Below, one piece after another: positions 1-9,409 of a stretch of 64,000 bases of DNA. The stretch lies in NCBI RefSeq assembly GCF_056712565.1, contig NZ_CM160072.1. One strand, 5' to 3'. The position numbers and the translations under genes are program-made. The stretch's first letter is position 1. Each line of letters begins with the position of its first letter. The notes below the pieces were generated by a model, which did not search any database, was not told the DNA's origin, and saw only the letters and a program-made list of their open reading frames with translations.

Positions 1-736
1 CTTCGTAAAGCTCTTTACTGATAGGGATGCTTCTGTTTTTCTTCCCCTTCGTTCTGACAAAGGTAATTCGGTATTTGGTCACCTGTGAGCGGGTAAGATT
101 TACGGCTTCACGCCAGCGTGCGCCTGTGCTTAAGCATATCTTAACTACCAGTGCCAGAATTGGGTCCTGACGTTTGCAATCAGCCAGCAATTCAACAATC
201 TGCTCATGGGTAAGCCATGCCATCTCTTTTTCTGCGATGGTGAATTTTCGCATGTTCTCCAGTGGGTTCGGATACGACCATTCGCCCAGACGGGATAGTT
301 CGCTAAAAACACTACTTAGATAGCTTTGCTCCAGGTTAATGGTGACCGGGCTTGCTCCTTTCTTCCATTTCTCGCTGAAGTAGATCTCGCCTGTCAGGCG
401 TTTATCTCGATAATGGGCAAACATTTTAGAGGTGAGATCGGTTGCAAGAGGATTGCCCAGAGCGTCAACCATCAACAGCAATTTGTCATAGACATGCTGC
501 CCAGCTGTCAGAGATTTACCATGTAGTTTGAACCATAGCTCAACCACGTCTTTCAGTGTTCGACGATCCACTGATTCACCCAGCCAGGGCTTTGCTTCGG
601 TTTCTTCCATCGTGTGGCGCTCAAAAGCCAGTGCTTCGCCTTTGGTGGCGAATTGTTTACGCACACGACGCCCACTTCGTCCGGCGGGGTAACATTCGCA
701 AAGCCATTTCCCAGTGGTGAGTTTTCGTACTGCCAT
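1..736 (-). CDS. int: Phage integrase (tyrosine recombinase, P2 family); 3' end of gene lies beyond window start
   Basis: Reverse-strand reading from ATG at 736: MAVRKLTTGKWLCECYPAGRSGRRVRKQF...; ORF runs off position 1; position next to the immunity region. Confidence 0.85.
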   Translation of the reverse strand, partial: MAVRKLTTGKWLCECYPAGRSGRRVRKQFATKGEALAFERHTMEETEAKPWLGESVDRRTLKDVVELWFKLHGKSLTAGQHVYDKLLLMVDALGNPLATDLTSKMFAHYRDKRLTGEIYFSEKWKKGASPVTINLEQSYLSSVFSELSRLGEWSYPNPLENMRKFTIAEKEMAWLTHEQIVELLADCKRQDPILALVVKICLSTGARWREAVNLTRSQVTKYRITFVRTKGKKNRSIPISKELYE

Positions 737-924
737 AAAAAATGCCCTCCAGTAGAGAGCATTTTTACTGTATGTATAACCAGTGTCAATGTATGAAATC
801 CTACGACCATACATCTCACTGAAGCCATAATGAAGTTGGCTATTCTTTTTGCTATGTGAGCATGTAACTTTTGCGGTTAACCTGCGGCTCATTTTTATTT
901 TAGACGCAGATATAAAAGCAAAAG

Positions 925-1116
925 TTATCGTGAGTTTTTAGTACAGATTTTTTTGGATTTACTAATAGTTCCATCATTGCAAACAAATTTTCCATCGGAG
1001 GTACAGTGAGAGACACCTCCCTTTTTCCCAGAACAAGGATAATTTTTAGCATAGGTAGTTAGTGGGCTTAATAACAAAGAGCATGATAAAACCACAAAAA
1101 ATACTTTACCAAGCAT
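925..1116 (-). CDS. Small secreted Cys-rich protein (63 aa), hypothetical
   Basis: ORF-track protein with N-terminal hydrophobic signal-like segment and six cysteines; AT-rich DNA between int and cI. Confidence 0.4.
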   Translation of the reverse strand: MLGKVFFVVLSCSLLLSPLTTYAKNYPCSGKKGGVSHCTSDGKFVCNDGTISKSKKICTKNSR

Positions 1117-1131
1117 AGTTTCCTCCCGGTA

Positions 1132-1701
1132 TTATCTAACATATTTAACTGTTAAACTTATAATTTTACCAATTATTTCAATGTCTTCTATCTTACATTC
1201 GAAGGCTCTGTTTCCACCCTCGACGAAGATTCTTCCACCGGGTAAACGAGTAATGTCACGGATCGTTACTTCGCCATCAATACTTATTACCCATTTACCA
1301 TCACGTATGTCATCAAATTCTTTATCACAAATAAATTCAGAATTGTTATCTGTGATGACAAAAGGTTTTTTAAACGTAGAGGGTAGAAATCCCTTATCAA
1401 AAATATAAAAACCGTCTTCACGCAAGGCACCATCAGATAATACATATTTAGCAACTTCCATAGTATTTGTATTACCTGAAGTTTGCTTTGAACCATGTCC
1501 GGTTGTGAGCCAATTAAGCGAGGTGCCCGTTTCAAGGGCGCACTGGATTACCCATTCTGCTGGGAATGAGTCACGCATGTAGCGTGTGGCGAGTGTACTT
1601 TTAGAGATTCCTAAATGATCGCACAACGCCTGTCGAGTCTTGAATCCATAAGCTTCTACCATGCGCTCTATGGCGCCTCGTCCGCCTTTCTCCAAATTCA
1701 T
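1132..1701 (-). CDS. cI: CI-type immunity repressor (HTH DNA-binding); start placed at internal ATG 1701 (track ORF extends to 1806)
   Basis: HTH-like segment QALCDHLGISKSTLATRYM; divergent to apl/cII as in phage 186; choosing ATG 1701 leaves a 125-bp switch region. Confidence 0.65.
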   Translation of the reverse strand: MNLEKGGRGAIERMVEAYGFKTRQALCDHLGISKSTLATRYMRDSFPAEWVIQCALETGTSLNWLTTGHGSKQTSGNTNTMEVAKYVLSDGALREDGFYIFDKGFLPSTFKKPFVITDNNSEFICDKEFDDIRDGKWVISIDGEVTIRDITRLPGGRIFVEGGNRAFECKIEDIEIIGKIISLTVKYVR

Positions 1702-1826
1702 GGTCACTCCAAGTGAACTTTTATCTTGACGATTTCGCCGTGCGATCGTATGTTTATGGTGTTCACAAAATACAAACGATCCGTATTCGTCCTGATTAAT
1801 CATCATTAAACGAGGAATGTTGCATC
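1702..1826. promoter_or_regulatory. Putative divergent early promoter/operator (lysis-lysogeny switch) region
   Basis: Intergenic between divergent cI and apl; contains inverted repeat AGTGAAC ... GTTCACA and TTGACG / TATGTT promoter-like hexamers. Confidence 0.35.
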
Positions 1827-2048
1827 ATGAGACCTAACATTTCAATCACTCTTACCACGCCTCATGTGACTATTGAACGCTATAGCGAGCTGACAGGGCT
1901 ATCCATCGATACCATCAATGACATGTTGGCTGATGGACGCCTTATCCGTCACCGTCTGCGCAAAGATAAAAAACGCGAAAAAGTGATGATCAACATAGCA
2001 GCAATGACCGTTGATGCGCTTTCAGAATGCAATCTAAACCTTAATTAG
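1827..2048 (+). CDS. apl: Apl/Cox-like excisionase / early transcriptional regulator (73 aa)
   Basis: First gene of the rightward early operon, divergent from cI; small basic protein. Confidence 0.55.
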   Translation: MRPNISITLTTPHVTIERYSELTGLSIDTINDMLADGRLIRHRLRKDKKREKVMINIAAMTVDALSECNLNLN

Positions 2049-2074
2049 TTCGATTCTGAAATACATCAGAGGCA

Positions 2075-2590
2075 TTGACCATGTTTGATTACCAAGTTTC
2101 CAAACATCCACATTTTGATGAAGCCTGTCGTGCATTTGCACTGCGCCACAATCTGGTGCAACTGGCAGAACGTGCAGGCATGAATGTGCAGATTCTGCGG
2201 AACAAGCTGAACCCAGCTCAGCCTCATTTATTAACCGCACCAGAAATCTGGCTGCTTACCGATCTGACTGAAGATTCAACGCTGGTAGATGGTTTTCTGG
2301 CACAGATTCATTGTCTGCCATGTGTACCGATTAATGAGGTGGCAAAAGAGAAACTGCCACATTACGTCATGAGTGCAACCGCAGAGATCGGGCGTGTTGC
2401 TGCAGGTGCGGTGTCTGGCGATGTAAAAACCTGTGCCGGTCGTCGTGATGCTATCAGCAGCATTAACTCTGTAACACGACTGATGGCGCTGGCTGCTGTT
2501 TCATTGCAGGCCCGTTTACAGGCTAATCCTGCGATGGCGAGTGCAGTTGATACCGTGACTGGCCTCGGTGCTTCATTCGGTTTGCTGTGA
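2075..2590 (+). CDS. cII: CII-like lysogeny-establishment regulator (171 aa)
   Basis: Second gene of early operon; size and position as 186 cII. Confidence 0.5.
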   Translation: MTMFDYQVSKHPHFDEACRAFALRHNLVQLAERAGMNVQILRNKLNPAQPHLLTAPEIWLLTDLTEDSTLVDGFLAQIHCLPCVPINEVAKEKLPHYVMSATAEIGRVAAGAVSGDVKTCAGRRDAISSINSVTRLMALAAVSLQARLQANPAMASAVDTVTGLGASFGLL

Positions 2591-2597
2591 GGTGCTT

Positions 2598-2894
2598 ATG
2601 CTGACGAAAGAACCATCATTTGCATCGCTGCTGGTAAAACAAAGCCCGGCAATGCACTACGGTTACGGCTGGATCACGGGTGAGGATGGAAAACGCTGGC
2701 ATCCATGTCATTCACAAGATGAATTGCTGTCTGAATTGACCACGAGGAAACGGAGAAAGTCCAAATGTATGCGGCAGAAAGTGAAGTGGTTTATCAGTTT
2801 CGTTACAGAGGGGAGAGTTATTCAGTACCTGAAGATGATTTGCTCTGTTGCTATCCGTCATTGTCGGGAGATGGCAGTTACTTTTTCACGTTAA
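2598..2894 (+). CDS. Hypothetical early protein (start uncertain; overlaps next ORF)
   Basis: ORF-track frame from ATG 2598 directly after cII stop. Confidence 0.3.
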   Translation: MLTKEPSFASLLVKQSPAMHYGYGWITGEDGKRWHPCHSQDELLSELTTRKRRKSKCMRQKVKWFISFVTEGRVIQYLKMICSVAIRHCREMAVTFSR

Positions 2895-2989
2895 AGGATG
2901 GGACGTTTTTACGGGGAGAGCAGGTTAAAGAGACGATACGAAAAAATGTATCTCCTCTTGAGCGTTACCGTAAGAACAAAGAACGATAG
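2765..2989 (+). CDS. Hypothetical early protein (74 aa)
   Basis: ATG 2765 preceded by GGAG; in early operon. Confidence 0.4.
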   Translation: MYAAESEVVYQFRYRGESYSVPEDDLLCCYPSLSGDGSYFFTLKDGTFLRGEQVKETIRKNVSPLERYRKNKER

Positions 2990-3011
2990 CTGCGTTTGGG
3001 GAATATGAAGT

Positions 3012-3353
3012 ATGGCAATTAATGGCGCTGCAGCAACTGTTCCATTAAGCCCCGGTGAACGCCTGAATGGACTTAATCACATTGCGGAGTTAAGGGCGAA
3101 AGTTTTTGGCCTGAATATTGAGTCAGAGCTTGAGCAGTTTATTAAAGATATGCGTGATCCACGGGATATCAATAATGAACAAAATAAACGGGCACTGGCT
3201 GCCATATTCTTTATGGCAAAAATTCCAGCTGAACGTCATAGCATCAGCATTAATGAGCTGACCACTGACGAAAAGCGGGAGCTGATTAAAGCAATGAATC
3301 ATTTTCGTGCAGTGGTGAGCTTATTTCCCAGACGGCTAACCATGCCGAATTAA
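3012..3353 (+). CDS. Hypothetical early protein (113 aa)
   Basis: ORF in early operon, same strand. Confidence 0.5.
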   Translation: MAINGAAATVPLSPGERLNGLNHIAELRAKVFGLNIESELEQFIKDMRDPRDINNEQNKRALAAIFFMAKIPAERHSISINELTTDEKRELIKAMNHFRAVVSLFPRRLTMPN

Positions 3354-3414
3354 CCAACTAATGAAATTAATGGCGTAAACCCGCCGGGCATCCCTTTATC
3401 TAAATTCAGGAGAA

Positions 3415-3654
3415 TTGATTATGCGTAATATTGAAACCCTCTCGACCAAAACCGGACCGGATGACGCAGGGCTTAATATTTTACTGACAGAGGCTCGTCT
3501 GGAAGAACGCCGGGCAAGAGCAGAGGCAATGGCTGCCCGCCTTGATAGCCTTGCGTGCCATATCACATCCCGCCAGCTAAACCACGTCGAAGCGGCAGAA
3601 CTGCTGCGCGTGACTGCTGAAGCAATCCAGAACGAAGCGCAGGAGATCCACTAA
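3415..3654 (+). CDS. Hypothetical early protein (79 aa)
   Basis: ORF in early operon; stop overlaps next start. Confidence 0.45.
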   Translation: MIMRNIETLSTKTGPDDAGLNILLTEARLEERRARAEAMAARLDSLACHITSRQLNHVEAAELLRVTAEAIQNEAQEIH

Positions 3655-3881
3655 TGGCTGATGCAATGGATCTCGTACAGCAGCGCGTTGAAGAAGAACG
3701 CCAGCGTCATATCCGTGCTGCCCGTGCCAAAACGCCGGGCGTGTCCCGCGTGCTTTGCATTGAGTGTGAAGCGCCAATTCCGCCAGCACGCCGCCGTGCC
3801 ATTCCAGGTGTGCAGCTTTGCATTACCTGTCAGGAAATCGCAGAGCTGAAAGGCAAACATTACAACGGAGGTGCTGTATGA
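3654..3881 (+). CDS. TraR/DksA-family C4 zinc-finger protein
   Basis: CIECEAPIPPARRRAIPGVQLCITC: two CxxC pairs typical of TraR/DksA zinc fingers; ATGA overlap with dam. Confidence 0.7.
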   Translation: MADAMDLVQQRVEEERQRHIRAARAKTPGVSRVLCIECEAPIPPARRRAIPGVQLCITCQEIAELKGKHYNGGAV

Positions 3882-4735
3882 GCACCATCCTGAAATGGGC
3901 GGGAAATAAAACCGCCATTATGTCCGAACTGAAAAAGCATCTTCCTGCTGGCCCGCGACTGGTTGAACCTTTCGCGGGTTCCTGTGCAGTGATGATGGAG
4001 ACGGAGTACCCCAGCTATCTTGTTGCGGATATTAATCCTGATTTAATCAACCTCTATAAAAAGGTTGCTGCTGATTGTGAATCGTTTATATCTCGCGCCA
4101 GAGTTTTATTTGAGATCGCAAACAGGGAGGTGGCTTATTACAACATAAGGAAGGAGTTTAATTACTCAACTGAAATTACTGATTTCATGAAAGCGGTATA
4201 TTTCCTGTATCTCAATCGTCACGGTTACCGTGGTTTATGTCGCTATAACAAGAGCGGGCATTTCAACATTCCCTACGGCAATTATAAAAATCCGTATTTC
4301 CCTGAAAAAGAAATTCGCGCATTTGCAGAAAAAGCCCAGCGAGCAACGTTTATCTGCGCCAGCTTTGATGAAACGCTGGCGATGTTGAAGGCGGGGGATG
4401 TGGTGTATTGCGATCCACCGTATGACGGTACGTTTTCCGGCTATCACACTGACGGCTTCACTGAAGATGACCAGTATCACCTGGCATCTGTTCTTGAACA
4501 TCGGTCATCAGAAGGACATCCGGTCATTGTTTCTAACAGTGACACATCCCTGATCCGTTCGCTGTATCGCAATTTTACTCACCACTATATCAAGGTAAAA
4601 CGCATCATCGGTGTGGCAGCTGGCGAGGGTAAATCAGCAACAGAAATCATTGCTGTTTCCGGGCCGCGCTGCTGGGTGGGATTTGATTATTCGCGTGGCG
4701 TGGATAGTTCTGCCGTGTACGGAGTACGTGCATGA
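3878..4735 (+). CDS. dam: DNA adenine methyltransferase (Dam-like N6-adenine MTase), prophage-encoded
   Basis: N-terminal SAM-binding region KWAGNK...EPFAGS and catalytic DPPY motif (VYCDPPYDG); start ATG 3878 after GGAG. Confidence 0.85.
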   Translation: MSTILKWAGNKTAIMSELKKHLPAGPRLVEPFAGSCAVMMETEYPSYLVADINPDLINLYKKVAADCESFISRARVLFEIANREVAYYNIRKEFNYSTEITDFMKAVYFLYLNRHGYRGLCRYNKSGHFNIPYGNYKNPYFPEKEIRAFAEKAQRATFICASFDETLAMLKAGDVVYCDPPYDGTFSGYHTDGFTEDDQYHLASVLEHRSSEGHPVIVSNSDTSLIRSLYRNFTHHYIKVKRIIGVAAGEGKSATEIIAVSGPRCWVGFDYSRGVDSSAVYGVRA

Positions 4736-7146
4736 GCCATGCCGATATGAACAACTGCTGCGGCTTTAACGAGGCTGCCGCAGCGTTCTCATGGAACAGC
4801 CCGAAAAAGGCCATTAACCCTTATCTGGACCCGGCGGAAGTTGCGCCGGTTTCTGCGCTTTCAAACCTGATCACTCTGTACGCTGCCGATAACGAGCAGG
4901 AACAGTTGCGCCGCGAGGCACTGAGTGATCAGGTCTGGGAGCGTTATTTTTTTAATGAATCACGTGATCCTGTCCAGCACGAAATGGAGCAGGATAAGCT
5001 CATTAGCCGGGCAAAGCTGGCGCATGAGCAGCAGCGTTTTAATCCGGATATGGTCATTCTGGCGGACGTCAACGCCCAGCCTTCCCATATCAGCAAGCCG
5101 CTGATGCAACGTATTGAATACTTCAGCAGCCTGGGCAGGCCAAAGGCTTATTCCCGCTATTTACGTGAGACGATTAAGCCATGTCTGGAACGACTGGAGC
5201 ATGTACGCGACAGCCAGCTATCTGCATCTTTTCGTTTTATGGCAAGCCATGTAGGGCTGGACGGCCTGCTGATTCTGCCTGAAATGAGTCAGGATCAGGT
5301 GAAACGCCTGTCTACCCTTGTCGCTGCGCATATGAGCATGTGCCTTGATGCAGCTTGTGGTGATTTGTATGCCACCGATGACGTTAAGCCAGAAGAAATC
5401 CGCAAGACATGGGAAAAGGTGGCAGCGGAAACCCTGCGTCTGGATGTCATCCCGCCTGCGTTTGAGCAACTCCGTCGGAAAAGAAACCGCCGTAAACCCG
5501 TGCCCTATGAACTCATTCCGGGTTCGCTGGCGCGTATGTTGTGCGCCGACTGGTGGTACCGGAAATTATGGAAAATGCGTTGCGAATGGCGGGAAGAGCA
5601 GTTGCGTGCTGTCTGCCTGGTCAGCAAAAAAGCATCTCCCTATGTCAGCTATGAAGCCGTGATGCATAAACGTGAGCAGCGCCGCAAGTCACTGGAGTTT
5701 TTCCGTTCTCATGAACTGGTGAACGAAGAGGGCGACACGCTGGATATGGAAGACGTGGTAAACGCCAGCAGCAGCAACCCGGCGCACCGCCGCAATGAGA
5801 TGATGGCCTGTGTTAAAGGTCTGGAGCTTATCGCGGAAATGCGCGGTGACTGCGCCGTTTTCTACACCATTACCTGTCCGTCACGTTTCCATTCCACGCT
5901 CAATAACGGCAGACCAAACCCAACCTGGACAAATGCGACGGTAAGACAAAGCAGCGATTATCTGGTCGGCATGTTTGCTGCATTTCGTAAGGCGATGCAC
6001 AAAGCCGGGTTGCGCTGGTATGGCGTGCGGGTGGCTGAGCCGCATCATGACGGTACAGTTCACTGGCACCTGTTGTGTTTTATGCGCAAAAAAGACCGCC
6101 GCGCCATTACTGCATTGTTGCGTAAGTTTGCCATCCGTGAAGACCGCGAGGAACTGGGTAATAACACTGGTCCACGCTTTAAATCTGAGCTGATAAACCC
6201 GCGCAAAGGAACGCCGACAAGCTACATCGCGAAATACATCAGTAAGAACATTGACGGGCGTGGTCTGGCTGGCGAGATCAGCAAGGAAACGGGTAAATCC
6301 CTGCGTGATAACGCTGAATACGTTAATGCCTGGGCGTCTCTGCATCGTGTTCAGCAATTCCGCTTCTTTGGTATTCCAGGGCGTCAGGCTTACCGTGAAC
6401 TGCGGTTGTTGGCTGGTCAGGCGGCAAGGCAGCAGGGTGACAAAAAAGCAGGTGCGCCGGTACTGGATAACCCGCGCCTTGATGCCATCCTGGCTGCTGC
6501 TGATGCTGGCTGTTTTGCCACCTACATTATGAGGCAGGGCGGCGTGCTGGTTCCTCGCAAATATCACTTGATCAGAACCGCTTATGAAATCAATGAAGAG
6601 CCGACCGCCTATGGCGATCACGGTATTCGTATTTATGGCATCTGGTCACCCATTGCAGAAGGCAAGATCTGCACTCATGCAGTGAAGTGGAAAATGGTTC
6701 GTAAAGCCGTTGACGTTCAGGAGGCGGCAGCCGACCAGGGCGCTTGCGCCCCTTGGACTCGTGGCAATAACTGTCCCCTTGCTGAAAATTTGAACCAACA
6801 AGGGAAAGACAAATCAGCTGATGGGGATACCAGGACGGACATTACCCGCATGGATGACAAGGAGTTGCACGATTACCTGCACAGTATGAGCAAAAAAGAG
6901 CGCCGGGAACTGGCTGCAAGGTTACGCCTGGTGAAACCGAAACGGCGTAAAGACTACAAACAGCGAATTATAGACCATCAGCGACAGCAGCTCGTCTATG
7001 AACTGAAGTCCAGAGGATTTAATGGCAGCGAGAAAGAGGTCGATTTACTCCTTCGCGGCGGCAGTATTCCGTCAGGAGCAGGCCTGCGTATCTTCTATCG
7101 GAACCAGCGTTTGCAGGAAGATGATAAGTGGCGAAACCTGTATTAA
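4732..7146 (+). CDS. A: Replication initiation endonuclease gpA (rolling-circle, P2 A family)
   Basis: 804-aa ORF downstream of the early operon; HxH (VHWHLL) and tyrosine-rich nicking region; synteny with P2/186 gene A. Confidence 0.85.
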   Translation: MSHADMNNCCGFNEAAAAFSWNSPKKAINPYLDPAEVAPVSALSNLITLYAADNEQEQLRREALSDQVWERYFFNESRDPVQHEMEQDKLISRAKLAHEQQRFNPDMVILADVNAQPSHISKPLMQRIEYFSSLGRPKAYSRYLRETIKPCLERLEHVRDSQLSASFRFMASHVGLDGLLILPEMSQDQVKRLSTLVAAHMSMCLDAACGDLYATDDVKPEEIRKTWEKVAAETLRLDVIPPAFEQLRRKRNRRKPVPYELIPGSLARMLCADWWYRKLWKMRCEWREEQLRAVCLVSKKASPYVSYEAVMHKREQRRKSLEFFRSHELVNEEGDTLDMEDVVNASSSNPAHRRNEMMACVKGLELIAEMRGDCAVFYTITCPSRFHSTLNNGRPNPTWTNATVRQSSDYLVGMFAAFRKAMHKAGLRWYGVRVAEPHHDGTVHWHLLCFMRKKDRRAITALLRKFAIREDREELGNNTGPRFKSELINPRKGTPTSYIAKYISKNIDGRGLAGEISKETGKSLRDNAEYVNAWASLHRVQQFRFFGIPGRQAYRELRLLAGQAARQQGDKKAGAPVLDNPRLDAILAAADAGCFATYIMRQGGVLVPRKYHLIRTAYEINEEPTAYGDHGIRIYGIWSPIAEGKICTHAVKWKMVRKAVDVQEAAADQGACAPWTRGNNCPLAENLNQQGKDKSADGDTRTDITRMDDKELHDYLHSMSKKERRELAARLRLVKPKRRKDYKQRIIDHQRQQLVYELKSRGFNGSEKEVDLLLRGGSIPSGAGLRIFYRNQRLQEDDKWRNLY

Positions 7147-7238
7147 TTACGCGGGTTAACAATTCGTGCTCTTAATAATACCAGGCATATCAGGCTAATG
7201 AACGTAAAAAAACGTTTTACATCAGTAAGATTATTATA

Positions 7239-7258
7239 TACTGTAAATATAAACAGTG
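7239..7258. promoter_or_regulatory. LexA (SOS) box
   Basis: TACTGTAAATATAAACAGTG fits CTGT-N8-ACAG exactly, about 40 bp upstream of the ATG at 7300. Confidence 0.6.
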
Positions 7259-7299
7259 GTTATGTATACAGTATTGCTTGTGGTGTCATAGGAGGAAAG

Positions 7300-7488
7300 A
7301 TGCAGGACTATTTTTTGGAGTCTTTGAAGCTCCAGCGCATTGATTTTTTTCTTAAGCTTGTAGCGGCTAGTGAGTGTAGTGATGAAGAGAAGGGGCTGGC
7401 TTTGCAGTGGGTTTCTGAACTGACAGATGAACTCATGGCAAAAATCAGAACCCACGAATACAACCGCTCAATGGATGTCATCAGCTGA
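7300..7488 (+). CDS. Small hypothetical protein (62 aa), probably SOS-regulated (Tum-position gene)
   Basis: ATG 7300 with AGGAGG RBS; immediately downstream of LexA box. Confidence 0.45.
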   Translation: MQDYFLESLKLQRIDFFLKLVAASECSDEEKGLALQWVSELTDELMAKIRTHEYNRSMDVIS

Positions 7489-7498
7489 GGTGACCTTT

Positions 7499-7732
7499 AT
7501 GCGCATTGAAATAATGATCGATAAAGAGCAGAAGATTAGCCAGTCTACCCTGGACGCCCTTGAATCCGAGCTTTACCGCAATCTGCGCCCCCTGTATCCC
7601 AAAACGGTAATTCGCATCCGCAAAGGTAGCTCTAACGGTGTGGAACTGACCGGACTGCAACTGGACGAAGAAAGAAAACAAGTGATGAAGATTATGCAGA
7701 AGGTGTGGGAAGACGACAGCTGGCTGCATTAA
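7499..7732 (+). CDS. dinI: DinI-like protein
   Basis: MRIEIMIDKEQ...WEDDSWL resembles E. coli DinI (MRIEVTIAK...WESADDWF); co-transcribed behind LexA box. Confidence 0.7.
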   Translation: MRIEIMIDKEQKISQSTLDALESELYRNLRPLYPKTVIRIRKGSSNGVELTGLQLDEERKQVMKIMQKVWEDDSWLH

Positions 7733-7891
7733 GAAAAGTTGCTGGCGTCTGAACTTGGTTCTGGCGTCAGCAAGGTTGAACAACGAGTACAGTGAGGCGT
7801 TAGGTGTGGCGTTTATTTGATGAGTGAACGCCCGTTCTGCGATAGGTTCGGAGATTAAGGTTGAAACTACGGGCAAAATACCATCTTTTTC

Positions 7892-8317
7892 CTACTTAAT
7901 TGAGTCCAGTAACAAGTTACAGTTACTCTCATTGTAGAGAGAACGAGCAATTAGTGTTACCTGCTTTCCATTCATTCCCGGCTTATCCCATAACACAGCT
8001 TCTTGCGACGCCACAAATTCAGCATAATCAATTATGCGTTGTTCGTGATCTGGTTCCTCATAGCCAAAGTATGAGAGCGCATCGTTGTAAGCGTGGTAAG
8101 CTGCTTTCTGTAATATCTTGATATCGGCTGTAGGTACTTGCTCCGTGTAGCTAGGATCTAATTGTGTGCTACTGCCATAGAATGCACATGAAAGGTAAGA
8201 TATTGATTTCTGTTGAGCTTTAGTTCCTTTCTCATAGTTTTTAGCTGTTACCGCCTGAACAGGGACGCTAACAAAGCTTGCAACCAGAATTAAAATTAAT
8301 ACGTAAAAGCTTTTCAT
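7892..8317 (-). CDS. Secreted hypothetical protein (141 aa) with signal peptide; accessory cargo
   Basis: N-terminus MKSFYVLILILVASFVSVPVQA is signal-peptide-like; AT-rich; lies between dinI-like gene and cos. Confidence 0.6.
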   Translation of the reverse strand: MKSFYVLILILVASFVSVPVQAVTAKNYEKGTKAQQKSISYLSCAFYGSSTQLDPSYTEQVPTADIKILQKAAYHAYNDALSYFGYEEPDHEQRIIDYAEFVASQEAVLWDKPGMNGKQVTLIARSLYNESNCNLLLDSIK

Positions 8318-8590
8318 TTTGACCTCAGCCGAAACGTTAGAGAGACTATCGAAATTTGTAAAACCCGTGGCGATTCAGTTTGAGATCCTCCCCCTTACAT
8401 GATTTTTAATCAAATATATGCTTTTGTAAGCATACCTGTTAACCGAATTATTTATTTTTAGAGATCTTCCGACATACTGATTATGCCCGCTGAGGAGTTC
8501 ACCTTGCGTAAAGTCCGATTCGCTTTACTCGTCTGTGCATGTCTATGCTGCATGAGATTGCATGATCGTTTGAGGATCGTTTTTGCTAAG

Positions 8591-8615
8591 GCCCGCCAGA
8601 ACTGGCGGGCTTTTG
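8591..8615 (+). terminator. Rho-independent terminator-like hairpin
   Basis: GCCCGCCA-GAAC-TGGCGGGC followed by TTTTG. Confidence 0.5.
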
Positions 8616-8659
8616 CGTAGATCATGCTCCTGCATGAAAACCACTACATAAAGCGGGCA

Positions 8660-8678
8660 GGCGTGGCGGGGATACGAG
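8660..8678. other. Putative cos (cohesive-end) site of the prophage
   Basis: GGCGTGGCGGGGATACGAG resembles the 19-nt P2/186 cohesive-end sequences as I recall them (GGCGTGGCGGGGA...); lies upstream of portal Q as expected. Confidence 0.45.
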
Positions 8679-8692
8679 CGCGCGCTTGCACC

Positions 8693-8721
8693 TTGATATT
8701 CACGGTTTGGTTAAGTATTGT
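8693..8721 (+). promoter_or_regulatory. Putative sigma70 promoter of the protease operon
   Basis: TTGATA - 17 bp - TATTGT, about 40 bp upstream of ATG 8762. Confidence 0.35.
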
Positions 8722-8761
8722 CTTAGTCAGAGTCCATAACATATTACAGAATGGAGTTGTT

Positions 8762-9409
8762 ATGATTGGTCCTGAATATGTCGTAGTTGTTGGCGTGCTT
8801 AATGCAGGTTTGGTTAGTTTTTTAGGAACAGGTTTTTTTATTTCTAAGGATAAAATAATTACTTCCCGCCATGTTATTAATGGGTTTTCTTCTAACTTAG
8901 TTATTTCTCCATCTAATATAAATAACTTTAATAGTTATCAGGATACAAGTGTTGATAAATTTCAATGTATTGGAGTTGATGTTATTGATGAAGATCCAAT
9001 AAAAGACTTATGTGTGTTAAAAATTAAAAATGCACCTGTTTATGAACCTTGCCTAAAAATTGCTACTCTTGACGATGTTAATGTCGGTGAAGATGTGGGT
9101 ATTTTAGGTTTCCCACATTGTAATGAAAATAGAAAAGTATTGACATTTCAAACGGCAAAAATAGGTGCAAAAGTTTTACTTTCAAGCAGTAATATTCAAT
9201 CTAAACATGCCGTTATAAATATCCAAACCAGACCTGGTCAATCGGGATCGATTGTATTTAATTTAAAAAATGACTCGGTAATAGGCGTCTTGGTTGGCGC
9301 TTATGCAAATAATTCTGGAGGTTCTGTTTTGGTTGGAGGTATTAATCCAGCTGAACTACATCAGACAACTTATGCGGTTTCTGCAGAATATGTTAAGGAT
9401 ATGTTATGA
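8762..9409 (+). CDS. Trypsin-fold (S1/chymotrypsin-like) serine protease, 215 aa; accessory cargo
   Basis: Catalytic triad contexts in order His (ITSRHVING), Asp (DLCVLKI), Ser (RPGQSGSIVF); GGAG RBS; very AT-rich; track ORF 5' extension to 8624 would cross cos. Confidence 0.8.
   Translation: MIGPEYVVVVGVLNAGLVSFLGTGFFISKDKIITSRHVINGFSSNLVISPSNINNFNSYQDTSVDKFQCIGVDVIDEDPIKDLCVLKIKNAPVYEPCLKIATLDDVNVGEDVGILGFPHCNENRKVLTFQTAKIGAKVLLSSSNIQSKHAVINIQTRPGQSGSIVFNLKNDSVIGVLVGAYANNSGGSVLVGGINPAELHQTTYAVSAEYVKDML

Noticed and set aside
3818-3877. Upstream extension of dam ORF in the track
   Set aside because: Overlaps the TraR/DksA-like gene in another frame; ATG 3878 with GGAG RBS gives a canonical Dam N-terminus.
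5881-6621. 246-aa minus-strand ORF
   Set aside because: Lies entirely inside replication gene A on the opposite strand; no independent start context.
7261-7280. Second LexA box overlapping the first (…GTATACAGTA)
   Set aside because: Only one good half-site; spacing to a partner CTGT is not 8 bp.
8483-8620. 45-codon ORF (MPAEEFTLRKVRFALLVCACLCCM...) or small RNA upstream of the protease gene
   Set aside because: No convincing RBS, the frame runs through a terminator hairpin and ends near the putative cos site; more likely packaging-region DNA than a gene.
8624-8761. 5' extension of the protease ORF given in the ORF track
   Set aside because: Extension would span the putative cos site and GC-rich sequence unlike the gene body; ATG 8762 has a GGAG RBS and begins the AT-rich coding region.
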